Below are positions 28,631 to 43,241 of a DNA stretch of 64,000 bases, one piece after another. The notes under the pieces are model-generated. The model ran no database searches, was not told where the DNA came from, and saw only the letters and a list, made by a program, of their open reading frames with translations. Within the stretch, counting starts at the first letter, position 1; each line of letters begins with the position of its first letter. The stretch is from Thalia democratica (Eukaryota), in assembly GCA_965202585.1 (NCBI GenBank), contig OZ241829.1, forward strand, positions 74,028,001 to 74,092,000, read 5' to 3'. The translations under genes were made by a program, and so were the position numbers.

Positions 28631-28896
28631 GAATACTTATTTCTAAATAAAATTGCAAAATTTACTCATTAGCAAGTTGGTATTTTAAAATAGATTTGAA
28701 CTTTGATATATAGAAGTACTAGAAAACACACGACATCTCCATACTGATGCTTAGATAGATTTTCATAATATAAATGTTGTTTACTTGCTTAAAAGGTTTT
28801 TTGGTAAATTGTTCTTAGAAAACAGTAAATTTTACCAGTACGAAGTATAAAAACAATTAACAGGAAAATTTTTGTTAACTGTTTTGTGTTGTAGCT

Positions 28897-29450
28897 GTCT
28901 AAATTGCACGAGAGTACAAAATTGCATGAGGGGACGAAATTGCATGAGTGCACAAAATTGCACAAATATACTTTTGCACGATGATAAAATTGCACGAAGG
29001 GTCTCTTTTGCACGAGCAGACAACTTTTTACGGAGATAATACTGCACGGGTTAAATTTTTTATCCTTTATTAACTCTATTATTACTTTTTTTTTTAATTT
29101 ATTTTTTTATCACTGTTACTCCTAACCCTCGGTCGGTAGCTTTTTTTTGTTTTATTATTATTATTTTTTTTAACTTTTAAAAGTTATTTTATTTTCAATA
29201 ATACTGTTACCCCTAACCCTTACCCTCGGTCAGTAGCTTTTATTTTTTCTTATTTTTTTTGTTTATTTTTTTTTTTATTTCTTTTTTCTGTTTATTTTTT
29301 ATTTTATTTTGTATTTTTCTACTCTCGTGCAAAAATGTAACTCGTGCAAAATCAACCGTTGGTGCAAAATCTTCTTCATGGAATTATGTCCCCTCGTGCA
29401 ATTTAGTAACCTTGTGCAATTTTATCTTTGTGCAATTTAGACCCGTTCCC
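28897..29450. mobile_element. MITE-like non-autonomous DNA element with subterminal TTGCACGA repeats
   Basis: 13-bp inverted ends GTCTAAATTGCAC (28897-28909) / GTGCAATTTAGAC (29430-29442); ~8 TTGCACGA-like repeats on the left and ~6 inverted on the right; two internal TACCCTAACCCT...CGGT(C/A)GGTAGC-like copies; interrupts array block GTAGCT|TTTAACCA seen intact at ~22601. Confidence 0.78.
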
Positions 29451-30329
29451 CTTTTGAACAACTGTTTTAAATGCTATCTCAAAATAAAACTAAAGTGCAT
29501 TTTAAACCAGGCGTCGGCAGCATCTTATAAGTCAACCTTTCTTAGGAAACATTTGTTGTGGGCTGCACTTTGTAGAATAAAATGTTCTGCAGGCTACAGT
29601 TATGCAAAATAATTGTGATCAATAAAAAAATGTTGGATTAAGTAAGCAAGAATAAAGAATTAAAATTAAACAATCATTAAAATAAGAGACTAATTGTCAG
29701 CTCTATTACACAAACATTTTTATTCTTCATTATTATATACATACTTTTTTTATCAGAATCTTTTAACAAAAGGAACAAATTACTGGTTTTTTGCATTATC
29801 GAAGGCGAAAAAAAATATTGAAAAAATGTTTTGATAATGTTGTTGAATTTTTTTTAATGTACTTCTTATGCTATCGTTACGTAATATATAATTTTGTATA
29901 AACTTTGTTATAACACTTGTAAAATTGCTTTTATAAATAAATTGCTTTTATGAAAGATGCGTTTAGTACTAAAATAAGTTTCCAAAGCAAAAGTTTATTC
30001 TTTTTTACTAACTTTACACATACACTTCTATTATAGTAAACGTTAAAAATGAGATGCTCTCTGCCAGTATTACTATTGGTTTATTAAAAGACAAAAAACG
30101 CTGTCTACAGTTATGCAAAATAGTTGTAACCAATAAAAAAATGTTAGATTAAAAAAGCAAGAATAAAGCACTAAAAAAATTTTATTGTAGTAAGAGACTA
30201 ATTGTAAGCTACAATCAAACAAATGTTTTATTTTCAATAGTCTATATATTTTATATTCAGAATCTTTAAACATAAGGAACAAATTACAAAGCGGTTGTTT
30301 TATTTACCAAAGGCAAAAATTAAAGCATT

Positions 30330-31225
30330 GAAACTAGTTGTACCTTAGCAATTTTGTAGCTACTTACACGTAGCTTTTATTTTTTCTTATTTGCTTACCA
30401 TAGCAGTAAAACAACGCTGAACTAAAATTATTGATTTTTAATTAGTTTGAATCTTTTTACCATTTTGGTATTTCCGAGAAGTTCTATCGTGCGCCTGGTC
30501 AAACCAAATTTCTTGAGCTTTTATTTTGTCGTTCAACTTACAATGTTAGTATTTAAGATAAATACGTACTTTATTAAATAAAGTCATATTAAGAGTTTAA
30601 AATCAAAAATTATTAGTTTTAATATTTTTCAATGCTCGTTTAATAGATTTATTTACTTACTTACGAGATTTCAAATAACCCATAAACTCTTATTTAAGTA
30701 ACTAAATTAAATATTGCAGAGAGTTTTTAAGTATAGGTTTTGGTTGTACATCGATTTTATAGCTACTTACACGTAGCTTTTAATTTTTGTTATTTACTTA
30801 CTACAGAAGTAGAGCGACGCTAAATTAGAATTATTAATTTATATTACTTATAGTATTTATATCATTTTGCCCGAGAGGTTCTTTCGTAAACCAGGTCATT
30901 AGAACAAAATTTGTGAGAGCTTTACTTTTGTTGTTGAATAAACAAAGTTAGTGTTATAAATGAACTCATACTTTGTTTAATCAAATCATAGTGATGGTTA
31001 AAATTCAAAAATTATTTCTTAAAGAATTTTAAAAGATCGTTTTATAGACCTTTTTACTTACGAGATTTCCAGTAGCTTATAAACTCTTGTTTTCGTAGCT
31101 AGCGTAAATATTTATTAGATTTTGCTTGCAACTTCTATTCCCATTATACAATTTTGTGGCTACTAAAATGTAGTTTTATTAATAGTTTTTTTTTTACTTC
31201 TTAGTAAAAAGTAGTAAAGCTAAAT
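30330..31225 (+). repeat. Run of 3 monomers
   Basis: Motifs at ~30352, 30757, 31153. Confidence 0.85.
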
Positions 31226-31819
31226 TTCTTTAAACTTATTGTTTATTGTTGGGTATAACTTGAGTTGCGAATTTAACTATAACCTATCTCAATTTGGTAT
31301 TGAAGACGGCAAATGCAAATTGGTTTAAAAAGTAATAAAAACACTATGTATTTCTAGTAGGACAGTTTGGATATACTTTAAAACTTTGGTTGTTGTTATT
31401 TTCAGTTAATGAAGAACAGACTAAACGAAATACTTAATTAATTAAAGAAAAATTCAGAACTAAAGTAACTCAAAGGTTTAAAGCTAAAAACTAAATGTTT
31501 ATTTATATTTTGTCAACACAATTCATACTACAAAATATATATAAATTACAATACTATTAGTAGAAACTATCAGTATAGATTTTTTATGTCTTAAATTAGA
31601 TTTTACTTAAGAAAATAATAATTCTATACAAAAAGTAAATTGTAGTTTTTAAAACTAAATTGCGTAAAAGAGTCATAAAATAATTAGTCTAGAAAATAAT
31701 TTTCAACTTAGACTCCAAAAAACATAATTTAAACAAAAAAAAGTATACTTTGGTATAAAAGAACATTTTTGACCAAACATACCATGTTTATGGTTATTAG
31801 TACAAAATCTGTTATTGAG

Positions 31820-32440
31820 TAAAAAATATTAACCTTTTTGGTTTTAATTACATACTTCAAGTCACTTGCTAATGTGGTTACCAGTAGCCAGCAAACTCTT
31901 ACGTTTGTAGCTAGTTTGAATACTTCTAAGAATTTAAAAAATAGTTTCATGTACTTAAGTGATTTTGTATCTACTTATATGTAGCTTTTATTTTTTTTTA
32001 TTTACCTACTACACTAGTAAAACAGCCCTAACTTAGAACAGCCCGATTATTTATTTTTATTATTTTAAGTTTCTGTATTACTTTGGCATTTTTGAGAAAT
32101 TTTTACGTACACTAGGTCCTTAGACTAAAATTTCTGAGAAATTTTCTTTTGTGGTTAAACAAACAATAACTGTGTTAAAAACATACTTTGTTAAATCATA
32201 TCATAGTATGGGTTAAAAATAAAAAATAAACAGTTTGAATATTTATCAAAGCTCTTTTTATGGATTTAATAATTTATTTAGGAGATTTCCAAAAAGCCCA
32301 AGAACTCTTGCTTTTGTAAGTAGTTCAAATATTTTTTAAAATTTATAAACATATCTGATTTCATCGTGCAAATTTTTGGCTACTTACATGTAGCTTTTAA
32401 TTTATTTTATTACTTAATTCATCAGTGAATCAAGACTAAA
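31820..32440 (+). repeat. Run of 2 monomers
   Basis: Motifs at ~31963 and ~32375. Confidence 0.85.
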
Positions 32441-32810
32441 TTACAACAGCATGGCTACTCATTTCTAAATTTAGTTGCCAAATTTACTCATAAGCAAGTT
32501 GGTTTTTTAAAATGGTTAAAGAAGTTTGGGTTATGAAGTGATAGAAGAAACAGTACATCTCCATACTGATATTTAGATAGATTTTCAAGTTTTAACGTTG
32601 TTAATTTGTTTAAAAGGTTTTTTGGTAAATTATTTATAGAAAAAAGTAGCGATAGAAAAGAATATGTAACACAAAAAGATCACTTTTTTCAATACGAAGT
32701 ATAAAAACCTTTAAGAGGAGAACTTTTGTAATACGTTTTATATTGTAAGTATCCTTAACTAAGTCTTTCTAATGCACTATCTTAAAATGAAACTAAAGTA
32801 CATTTTAAAC

Positions 32811-33806
32811 CAGGCGTCGGCAGCATTTTATAAGCCAACTTTTCTTAGGAAACATTTGTTGTGGGCTGCCTTTTGTAGAGTTGCGCAGGCTACAGTTATG
32901 CAAAATATTTGTAATCAATAAATTTTTTTTGGATTAAACAAGCAAGAATAAGGCATTAAAAATTATTTATTAAAACAAGAGACTAATTGTAAGCTACTAT
33001 TACACAAATTTTTTTTTGTTTAACAATATGTATTATTTTAATCAAAAGGTACAAATTATAAAGTGGTTGTTTGCATTGCCGAACGCAAAAACAAATTGTT
33101 TTGATAATGTTGTTGAATTTTGTTTAAAATGTACTACATATGCTATTGTTACGTAATATATAATTTTATAAAAGTTTTGTTATACTACTTGTAAAATTAC
33201 TTTTTGTTGATTAGAATGCCCCGCTGAAAAATGAGTATAATGCTAAAATAGCTTTTAAAAGCAAAAATTTATTATTTTATACTAAAGTAACAAACATTAT
33301 TACTTCTAATATTAAGTAAATGTTGAAATAGAGATGCTCTCTCCAACTAATTGTAGATGCCGGTAGATATTAAAAGAACACTTCGGTTTTAAATAAATTG
33401 TTAAAGTATTCTGTTAAACTGAAAATATTGCGTACTTTTTACTTTAAAGGTGGCAATCAAAGTTCTTAACTTTAATAAAAGGAGAATGATCAATTATAGA
33501 TTTTATATTTTTTTAACAATACAATGTTTCACTCGTTTGAAAATGAGATCTTCAGTTGTTTAAAATCTTATTCAAATAGAATATAATAAACTATAATATA
33601 TTCTATTTGAATACGAATATAAACAACTGAAATAACATCAAACATCAACGAATAAAACTTTAAGCATCGTTAAAATTTATATATTTATAATAAAAATGGT
33701 GGAAATAATAGCTTTGCTTAGTTTAAAACATATTAGTAAATTTCTTTTATAGCTATAAATAGATGAGTAGTAGTATAAATTTTGCTTTGTGTGCTTGCTG
33801 ACCCTG
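32811..33806 (+). mobile_element. Old hAT-like non-autonomous element amplified with the array (copy 2)
   Basis: Left CAGGCGTCGGCAGC after TTTTAAAC; right TGCTGACCCTG (rc CAGGGTCAGCA) before TTTAAAGC; 996 bp. Confidence 0.55.
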
Positions 33807-36800
33807 TTTAAAGCAAAGCATTTTAAAATAAAGAAACACAAAATTCTTTAAGGTCGATCATTGTACAAGTTGTTTTTAAACATACAAAGCCAAAAATATT
33901 GTTTAACTTTTCAGACATTTTTTTACAAAGCTACCAGAGAAATTGCCAATTAAGAAAGATTGATTGTTATACGTAATTAATCACTTACTTTAGTCATACT
34001 TAAAAAGGTACAAACACTTGGTTTGGTTATTAGTTTATAGATTTTTATATTTAAAAGCATGAACAATATGTCCTTAAAGAGCAGTTTGTAGCTACAAGTA
34101 TGTAGCTTCCACTATTTAATTAATTCTTTCAATACTGAAGTGAAGAAGTATTTACTTACAAAGACTTTAAGCTAGTTATTTTAAATAATTTGAAATGTCA
34201 AGTTGCAAATTACTCGTTAGTAACTTGAAGATAGTATATAAGCAACGTAAACAAAGTATTAAAATAAGCATTGTAGCTCTAACATTGGTGTTTTTGTAGC
34301 TTTTCAAAAGTTTAAATGTTAGCGCAAGTATTAAAAATACTATTTACTCTGTAACAAATAACACTAAGTAAAGTCGAAAATTTCGTTCTAAGTAAAAACA
34401 AATTGTTTGTTTTTGTTAATGGACTTGTTTTAAGAACAAAATCATTACTATTATTTTTTTTAAGAAATGCTTAAAGACTTTAAAAATTGAAACAAGCTTC
34501 CTTAAGAATGGTTAAAAAATAAAAATATGCTTTTTTAGATATTTCTTCTTCAAACAAGTTTATATTTTAAGTATCTTATTTATTTTTTGACCTTTATCAA
34601 AATAATTTAAGTTTACTTGTTGTGTATTTATAAACATTCCGTAGTTTTTGATAGTCATACAATAATCATATATATGGTACTTTGTTTTTCTAAATAACAT
34701 ATTAATTACTATAACTTTTCTCTTTAGCACAAACTTCAAGTTCGCACTTTTTAGAAAAATTTTGTGTTCAAAATAGTTTTTAATTACATTTATGGTTTTA
34801 TGTACGCAATATTTGTTGAATTGTTCAAAATTAAACTAAATATTTGTTCAAAGAGGTTGCTTAAGAGGAAGGTTTCTGTTACTTAACTAATATGTTTAAA
34901 TTCTATACTAACGTAAAGTTATATCAAAAAACAATTAAAAACAGTTAAATAAGATTTGTTAGTAATTTTGTTCAAAAATTCCAACCTTATTGATATATGC
35001 TTAAGAAAATTTATTTGATTAACATCACTTACTGACGTATCTGTCTATAAAATACAAGCCTTTATTTGATTGCTAATTAAAATAACTAAAACTCTAAGAT
35101 TTTTCTACAGTTAAACAATTTTTAACAATCAACTCAATTAAAAATATTTCATTAATTATTATAATAGTGTAATTAAAAAATCATATTTTTTCAATGTTGT
35201 GAGGTTTCAGATACACTTCATGCTTAAATTTTAATATTGTGTTATAAGATAGAAATTGAGTATGGTTTCAAATTGTGAAAAAGTTATTTGAAAAATGTTT
35301 TTTTTAATATAAGTGTAGTTTTTTTATTAACATTGTGAATAAGTTATTTGCTTTTAGGATAAGGACGCTTATTTTTTATTAAACAATCAAAATATTATAC
35401 AAGATAGCTAATAAATCCATAAGTACTTGTTTTTAAAAAAGTATATAGAACTATCTAGCAGACAATTTTTTCTACTAAACTTAACCATTTCAAGAAAGAA
35501 TTTTTAACTTAATTTACAAAACTTATATTGCAAACCATAAATGATGTTTTATTAATTTTAGTGGAGTTTTATCAGTAAAGATTTCAACAGTTTTGGGTTT
35601 AAAAATAGTCCATATTAAAATAAAATAACTCAATATAGCTATAAAGTAGAATTCTAAAAAGTTAACTTAAATAACAAAGTTAAAAAGCTGTATAAAAGAC
35701 ATTCTTTGTAAAAACATATCATGATACTGGTTATAAGTATAAAACCTGTTATAAAACATTTAGACTTACATTTAGCTTTTCATTGTTCAAATCATTTATT
35801 TATGTGGTTATCTGCAGCCCACAAACGTTTGTTTCTATAACTAGTTTGAATACTTATAAGAGTTTAATAACATAGAATCATCTAGTGTAGCGATTTTTTG
35901 GCTACTTCCTTTTCTAAGTGCTTATTTTTTGAGTTTAAACAATTTTTCTTATAAACTAATAGACAAATTACAAGTACTTCATTTGTTAATTAAAATGTAT
36001 ATTCGTAATAAAACAAACTACGTGTTCAATGTATTGGTTATTTTTTGCTAGTGCAGACTGTAGCTTATACTTTTTCACAACAAGGATTTATAAAAAAAAT
36101 AATTATGTAACAATACTGTAGTACTGTAACAGAGCTTTTTTGTATCTCAATGCCTTTAAAGAAGTTAAATGGTAGCTAAATGAACAAAAGGTCTGTTTAT
36201 ATATCAAGTCACTTGACTACTTATCTAAGGGTCGATTTCTTTACAATAACTATTGAGTTTACTTACAAAGTAAGTAATAAAAATTAAGCTAAATTACTAC
36301 GAACCAACCAACCAACATATTATTGTTATTGGTCATTTTAAATGTTTTTCACCGAGAAATTAATAACAAGACTAATTAATAAGAATTTTTGAATGTAACG
36401 TAAGTAACTGAAATAAAGAATTTATCAGACGGGTTCTATCACAAGCAAATTATTTTTTGAACAATAAATTATTAGATATTTTTAAACAAGTATATTTTTA
36501 TAAAATTTTATACTAAAAGTAAAAATTAGTTTTTAAATAAGAAAGGCTAGTAAGAATTTTACCATAAAAAATGATGTGATTGTGTTAAGTCTAAGTTTTT
36601 TATTCAACTAAAAGTTTGGAAAAAGTTACTCTTTACTTAAAGCAAATAAAAATTTAATTCTTAAATAACTCTAATCAATATAACTAAATTTAACTTTGAA
36701 ATATTAGTTTTTTAAACTATTTTGATTTAAGTTATAAAATCATTTGTAAACTAAAAAAGTAAAACAAAATATCAGTCTAATCTGCTAAATAAATGTTTTC

Positions 36801-37824
36801 TGTTTGTTTAAACAAAGCCTTTAGATTGTATTTAAAAAACTTTGACAATATGTTCCTTAAAAATTTATATACTTTAAAACTACTATCTACGAAAACATTG
36901 ACGAAAGCCTACAGAACCCAAGCCTGGACGTTTGAATGTCGTGAGACTAGCTCGAGTTTTGCCAATTCGATCATCAAACCACTAGCTATCGGTAGACTAA
37001 GACCTTTACTAATACTTTCACAAAAGTCAATCAAGTGTTTGTCAGTCGCAGAAGAAGTTTTTTGAAAGTATTTCAGACCAACCCTTCACCAAACCTTTAA
37101 CAATATTGGCACATTTGAGAAGTTTTTTTCTTGTAATTTTTTTTCATAGCTACGCCTAGACTTATAAACGATATATTGACTTGTGGGAGAAACTTCTTTG
37201 TAAATTCCACTCAGGTGGTCGATTAGTATATTTAAATTCTTAAATGTACAGAACAAACTATCTGATTTACATCCTAAAAAATATCATTAAATAACTTTTC
37301 AAAAGTATCCCTTAAGTAGGAAAGGTTTGTCATTTAACACAATTAATCACTTATTAAAGTAGTATTTAGTAACTCACAAACACTTGTTTTTGTCATTTAT
37401 TTAAAATTTTTAGTTATTTAAAATGTTATTAATTCGCTTAAACATTTCTTTTCAGCAACTATAAATTTTAATCAAAACTATTTTACGTTATATACTTCTA
37501 TATACTTTCTTATAAATAAATACTTACTATAAATTACTATATAATTACTTATTAAAGTGATATTTAGTAACTCACAAACAATTGTTTTCGTTATTTATTT
37601 AAAAACTTTTAGTAATTAAACTCGTTACAGAGGTCCACAATCGGCAGTTTGTAACTACTTAAATGTAGCTTTTACTTCAGATTAATTTTGTTAATACTTC
37701 AGTAAAGCAATATTTTGACTTCTTAAAAAGTACTTTAAATAACAAAATATAATAACTAACATATAAGAAATACTTTATTAAAACAAATATTGGTAATGGT
37801 AAATGAAACCTGTTATTAAGCATT

Positions 37825-40800
37825 AAAAAATACTGACATTAAGCTTTTCATTGTGTGCATAAAGTCACTTGCTAATGAGATAATCAGCAGCTCATAAACT
37901 CTTGTTTTTGTAACTAGGATAAATATTTCTAAAGTTTTGAAACGCCACTTCTTTTTCAATAGGTAATTTTGTGGCTACTTACATGTAGCTATTAATTTAT
38001 TTTATTTACTTACTACAAAAGCAGCCCTTAGTTAGAACAGCCTGACTATTTATTTTAATTAGTTTTAATTTTTGTATCGTTTCGGTATGTCCAAGACGTT
38101 CTTTCGTGCACCAGGTCCTTAGTCCAAATGTTCTGAGCGCTTTCCTTTTGTTGTTCAATAAACAATGTTAGAACTACAAGTAAATTACATACTTTGTTAA
38201 ATCAAATCATAGTACGGGATTAAAATCAAAAATTGTTATTTTGAACATTTTTCAAATTTCAATTTATGGGTTTTTTTACTTACTTACGATATTCCCAATA
38301 GCCCAAAAACTGTAGTTTTCGTAGCTAGTTTAAATATTTCCAGAAGTTTGATAACAATGGCATTTACGTGATTTTGTGGTTACTAAAATGTAGCTTTATT
38401 AATTTTTATTTTTCATTTTAGTAGACAGCAGTAAAGCAGTGCTGAATTCCTTTAAAATGTTTTTTATTGGTTACAAATTAAGTTGCAAAATTATTTGTCA
38501 CCTATCTCAATTTAGTATTGAAGATGGCGATTACAAATTTGTTCAAAAAGTAATAAAACATAATGTCTATAGTAAATATAAGTAATAAAAACAGTTGGGA
38601 GTTTGGATATACTTTAATACTTTGAAAGTTGTTAGTGTCAGTTAGATAGGAAACTTAAAATGTTGTTAATATCAGTTAAATATCAACAGACTAAAGGAAA
38701 ACGCTTAGTAAAATTGAGAACTAAAAGTAAGTTAAAAGTTTCCAAAAGTTCAGTTTGATAGCTTAAACACATAAGTTTATTTTCTGGTTTTATTTTCACA
38801 TAATACTATCTACAACTTTGTAGATTTTATTACAATATTTAATACTAAGTCAAATTAGCGTTTAAACATTTTAACATTCTATTTGAAAAAAAAAAGAAAA
38901 AAACCTTGTATATTTTTTAGAATATATAAGTTAGAAAAGTAAACTTTAACTTTAATATCTCAAATGTTTTTTTTTATTCTTAAAAGTAAACAAAAACCAA
39001 ACTCAACTTTTATTTTCAATAGCCCATAAACTCTTGTTTTCGTAGCTAGCTTAAGTATCACAGCACACAAACTGATTATAAGAACTTTTTTATTATGATC
39101 ATTGTATAAGAACTTTATGTTTATTTGTTTTATTGTATTGTGCTCAGTTAAATCATAAGACCGTGCGAAAAGCACATCAATTAATTATAAGGTCTTTTTT
39201 ATTATTTTCATCTTATAAGATCTTGATGTTCATTTGTATAATTGTGTTTTATTGTGCTTAGTCCAGCCATAAGATCGTGCAAGAAGCACATAACAATTTA
39301 AGACTCTGAGTTAGTAGTAAGACCTATTTTTGTACTTAAGATTGTAAAATTCAGAAATTTTAAGAACATTATTAAGAACTTTTTAATTTGTAAATTTTGG
39401 TCTTTACTTGTTGTTTTTATATTCGCAGCTTTATTCTACTGATAAATTGCCTACTTTGTCATTCCACTTTCTATTGATATCACATATTCAATAAACTCAC
39501 TTCATTAAAGAAATTATTTATTTTAACTATATTACATACTTATTAATTATTAAGTTAAAACTTATGAGTAAGATAAATTCAGTAAAAGCCTTAAAAGCTA
39601 AATGTACTAAGTGTTTAGCACAAACAAGGGGCTTTCCCCCAATTAAAGTTAGTTCCTACCACAGGCCCTTAGGACTACATTTAAAGCAAAACCATTTTAA
39701 ATTTAGAACCACTAAATTCCTAAAGGTCGATCAGTGTACAAAGTTGGTTTTAAACTTACAAAGCGAAAAATATGGTCTATTTCTTCAGAAAATTTCTTAC
39801 AAACCCTTGGAAAAATTGCCAGATAAAAAAGATAGATTGTTATAACAATAATCACTTATTTGTGTTATATTTAACAACACAAAAACGATTGGTTTTGTTA
39901 TTAGTACATAAACATTTTAAATTTTGAAACAACGACAAATAGCATTTAGAGCAATTTGTAGCTACAAGTATGAAGCTTTCACCATTAACTAATATTTTTC
40001 AAAATTTAAATGAAGCAATATTTATTTACAACGACTTTAAATTTAATTATACAAATATTAAAAAAAACATTAAGTGTCAAGTTGCAAATTTACGCATTAG
40101 TAATTTATAAATAAAGTATGAGCAAGCAAGAATAACTTCTTTTCAAAGTAATAGAAACGCAATGTATCTCTAGTATTGGTGTTTAAGTAGCTTTTCAGAT
40201 GCTTAAACGTTAGCGGTAGTTTTTAAAAACACTGTACTTATACTTTGTTACAACAAACAATTGATAAAGTCGAAAAAAGAAATAGCTCAAAATACAAGTA
40301 ATTTAACCTTTTTTTGTAAATAAAATTATTTTACGGGTAGAAAACTTATAATTTTTTTTTAAGAAGTGCTCACAGACTTAAAAAAAATAAAATTGGCTTC
40401 TTTAAAAAAAGTTGAACTCTAAAAGTATGCTCTATAAAATATTTTATCTTAAACAAGGTTATATTTTACTAATATAGTTTTTGTTGCTGAACTTAATATC
40501 AGAACAATTAAAATTTATATGCTGTGTAATTTTTAACAACTAAAACAATTAATAATTTTGTAATTTTTAGATTAAATATGATTTATGGTTCTCTTGCGCA
40601 CACTCTTCTAAATTACGAACTTTTAAGACAAACTTTGAGTTCAATTATATTTTTAAGTACGTATTTCATGTTGATTTGGAATGTGTTCATAAATGATCAT
40701 TTTAGAAGAAAATTTTTGTAACTAGACTAAAATGCTTGAAATTCACACTAATGTTAAGTTAAATTAAAAACGATAATATAAGATTTACTAAGAGTTGGGT

Positions 40801-42560
40801 TCAAAAATTTATACCTTATTAGTGCTTCAAACTAAGCTGAAAAGTTTCGAGTAAAACAAAAATTGTGTTAGTTGGCGCAAAGTGGTTTTAGGGTTTTTCT
40901 ATTAGTTTGAACTTTGATACCTTTAAATCTACTATCAACGTTTAAGTAAATAAATACTTAGAAACTACTGTAACACAATAGTATTTTGTTGCTTTTTTTA
41001 AAGTTTTAAAAAGGTACTTTAAACATTTATTTAATAAGCTTATTAAGTATCTTTATCAAAACTTGTTTATTTTTTGTAAAATAAAAAACAAAAATACATG
41101 AAATATGAATTTTTGCGTGTTTTCTTACTGACATACCACTAAATTTTTTAATATAAAATTGTGTTTAGAGTGCAGCAATAAAGTATGTTTTATTTTTCAA
41201 AACTCTCGGATTCATTAGATGAACCAATATCTGACAGAACATTTTTCATGTATGAAGCTTTTTGTTATGAAGGAAACATTCTAGAAAAAGTTAGTAAAAT
41301 TTTTTTTCAAAACACCCTTAAGAACCTATCTTTAAAATTTTAATTAGATATTTTAGTAAAATGAGTTTTATTTTATTAAAACTCTTTGTTAAATATCTAC
41401 TATACACCAAAATTAACTACAATACTGAGTACTGACCTTTAGCTTTTCGGTGCATTAAATAACTTGCTAATGTGATTATCATTAGCCCACACACTCTTGT
41501 TTTTGTAAATAGGTAAATTTTTTTAAGAATATTTAAACATAATTAATTGTTCTTTCACGATTTTGTTGCTACTTACATGTAGCTTTTAACTTTTATTTTC
41601 TTACTACAGTTGTAAAGCAGCCCTATGTTAGAACATCATGGTCGTTTATTTTTTATCAAGTTATATTTTATTTATATTTTTGTAATTCTGAGACGTACTT
41701 TCGTATCCTTAGACCAAAATTTATAAGCGCTTTTCTTTTGTCGTTCAATAAACAATGTTTGTGCTAAAAATAAATACACACCTAGTTGAATCATTTCACA
41801 ATAAAGGTTAAAAATTAAAAAAAAAAATTGTTTAATATTTTTCAAAGCTCATTTTATAGGTTACCTAAAAAATTTCCGATAGCTCACTTACTTACCAAAT
41901 TTCCGCTAGCACATAAACTCTTGTTTTTGTAGCTAGATAGAATAGTTCTAAGAGTTTAAAATATATATATATCCTTTAGTTTGCGATTTTGTGGCTACTT
42001 ACATGTAGCTTTTAATTTGTATCTTTTACTAAAAACAGCAGTAAATGTACAGTAATTTAAAGCAGGGTGATTAATATTTCTAAACAAAGTTGCAAAGTTT
42101 ACTCACTAGCAAGTTGGTATTTTAAAATGGCTCGAAAATTTGTTTTAGAAGTAATAGAAAAAACATGACATCTCCATACTGATGCTTAGATAGGTTTTCA
42201 AATTATAAACGTTGTTAATTTGCTTAACAGATTTTTTGGTAAATTATTTTTAGAAAACAGTAACAAAAGTAAAAGCAGCAACACTTAAAAAATTCTTACT
42301 CTAGTAAGAGAAAAAATTTCCAGTACGAAGTATAAAAACTTTTAACAAGACAACTTTCGTAATACGTTTTTTATTGTATGTACCTTTTAACCACTTCTTT
42401 TCAATGAACAGTCTCAAAATGAAACTAAAGATCATTTTAAACCAGGGGTCGGCAGCATTTTATAAGTCAACCTTTCTAAGGAAACATTTTTTTTGGGCTG
42501 CACTTTGTAGAAAAAAGAGTTCAGCAAGCTACAGTTATGCAAAATAGTTGTAATAAATAA
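37825..42560 (+). repeat. ~4.7 kb higher-order unit paralogous to 17680-22800
   Basis: Same block order; lacks the 20.8-kb foldback; carries an internal duplication at ~39110-39300. Confidence 0.9.
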
Positions 42561-43241
42561 CAAAATATTGGATTAAACAAGCAAAATTAAGGCACTAAAA
42601 ATAAGTAATCATTAAATTAAGAGACTAATTATAAGATAATATCATACAAACTTTTTATTGTTTAACAATATTTATATAATTTTTTTAATCAAAAGAAACG
42701 AATCACAAAGTGGTTTTACTACCTATGCTATCGTTACGTAACACCTTAATTTGTAGAGGTTTTGTTATACTACTGGCTAATTTTATTGAGTCAAATGCTT
42801 TGCTGAAAAATGCGTATAATGCTAAAATAGCTTTTAAAACAAAAAACTTATTCTTTATATTAAATGTATTATACTAAATTAACAAATATAATCACTTCTA
42901 ATATCAAGTAAATTTTAAAATAGAGAAGCTCTCTCTAAAGAACTGTAGTTGTCAGTGTATATTAATAGAGTACTACATTTTTTTTAACAAATGTTTCTGT
43001 TAAACAGAAGAGGTTCTCAGTCAGTTTATTAAATATAACAATATAATACATTGTTTAAATTATATATGTAATTGAACAAAAACTTTAAACATTGTTAACA
43101 TTTATATATGTATAATATAAATGATGGTAACAATAGCTTTGCTTAATTTAAAACAATAATTATAAAATTCTTTTGAAGCTATATGTATACCAGTAGTAGT
43201 AGTAGTAGTAGAAATTAAGCTTTGTGTGCTTGCTGACCCTG
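42443..43241 (+). mobile_element. Old hAT-like non-autonomous element amplified with the array (copy 3, internally deleted)
   Basis: Left CAGGGGTCGGCAGC after TTTTAAAC; right TGCTGACCCTG before TTTATAGC; 799 bp. Confidence 0.55.

Noticed and set aside
29114-29230. Interstitial telomere (TAACCC)
   Set aside because: Only one or two units at each of two spots, inside a MITE.
28789-29612. ORFs of 71-117 aa
   Set aside because: Produced by the MITE's repeats and T-rich tracts.
39564-39845. 93-aa ORF as a real gene
   Set aside because: Paralogous copies at 19269 and 59943 contain in-frame stops; no recognisable domain.
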